A stretch of 64,000 nt of DNA from Tubiluchus corallicola (taxonomy: Eukaryota > Animalia > Priapulida), in assembly GCA_030141605.1 (NCBI GenBank), contig JAQGDQ010000247.1, forward strand, positions 269,402-333,401, written 5' to 3'. Numbering within the stretch: position 1 is the stretch's first letter; each line of letters begins with the position of its first letter. The position numbers were made by a program, and so were the translations under genes. Below the pieces are notes generated by a model that did not search any database, had not been told where the DNA came from, and saw only the letters and a list, made by a program, of their open reading frames with translations. Below, one piece after another: positions 63,990 to 64,000 of the stretch.

Positions 63990-64000
63990 CTACAAATAAA

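Overview
AT-rich, intron-rich animal (probably protostome invertebrate) genomic DNA with no prokaryotic features. I reconstructed the genes by hand from splice sites and reading frame. (1) The 3' ~two-thirds of a neurofibromin (NF1) gene lies on the minus strand: 43 exons from 63989 down to a TGA at 26683, about 1,970 codons in one frame, covering the RasGAP, Sec14-PH and C-terminal domains. (2) A tandem array of short 4-exon TMEM79-like/MAPEG-fold membrane protein genes lies on the plus strand: two intact 187-aa copies (16236-19545 and 21849-24022) and a dead last-exon relic (~12372-12590). The ORF track misses most of these exons. (3) The first three coding exons of an SBSPON/RPE-spondin-like gene lie on the minus strand (9602 down to 1). 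The most interesting extras are a candidate multi-exon antisense unit with RFX X-box-like motifs nested in a 5.3-kb NF1 intron, a 20-bp minisatellite built from the U1-complementary 5' splice-site consensus, in-frame alternative splice sites in NF1, a 35-bp palindromic element with an 8-bp target-site duplication, a pentanucleotide array that changes by single-base steps in a closed cycle, several MITEs/hairpins and a decayed hAT transposase fragment. Homology calls rest on remembered protein families, not database searches.
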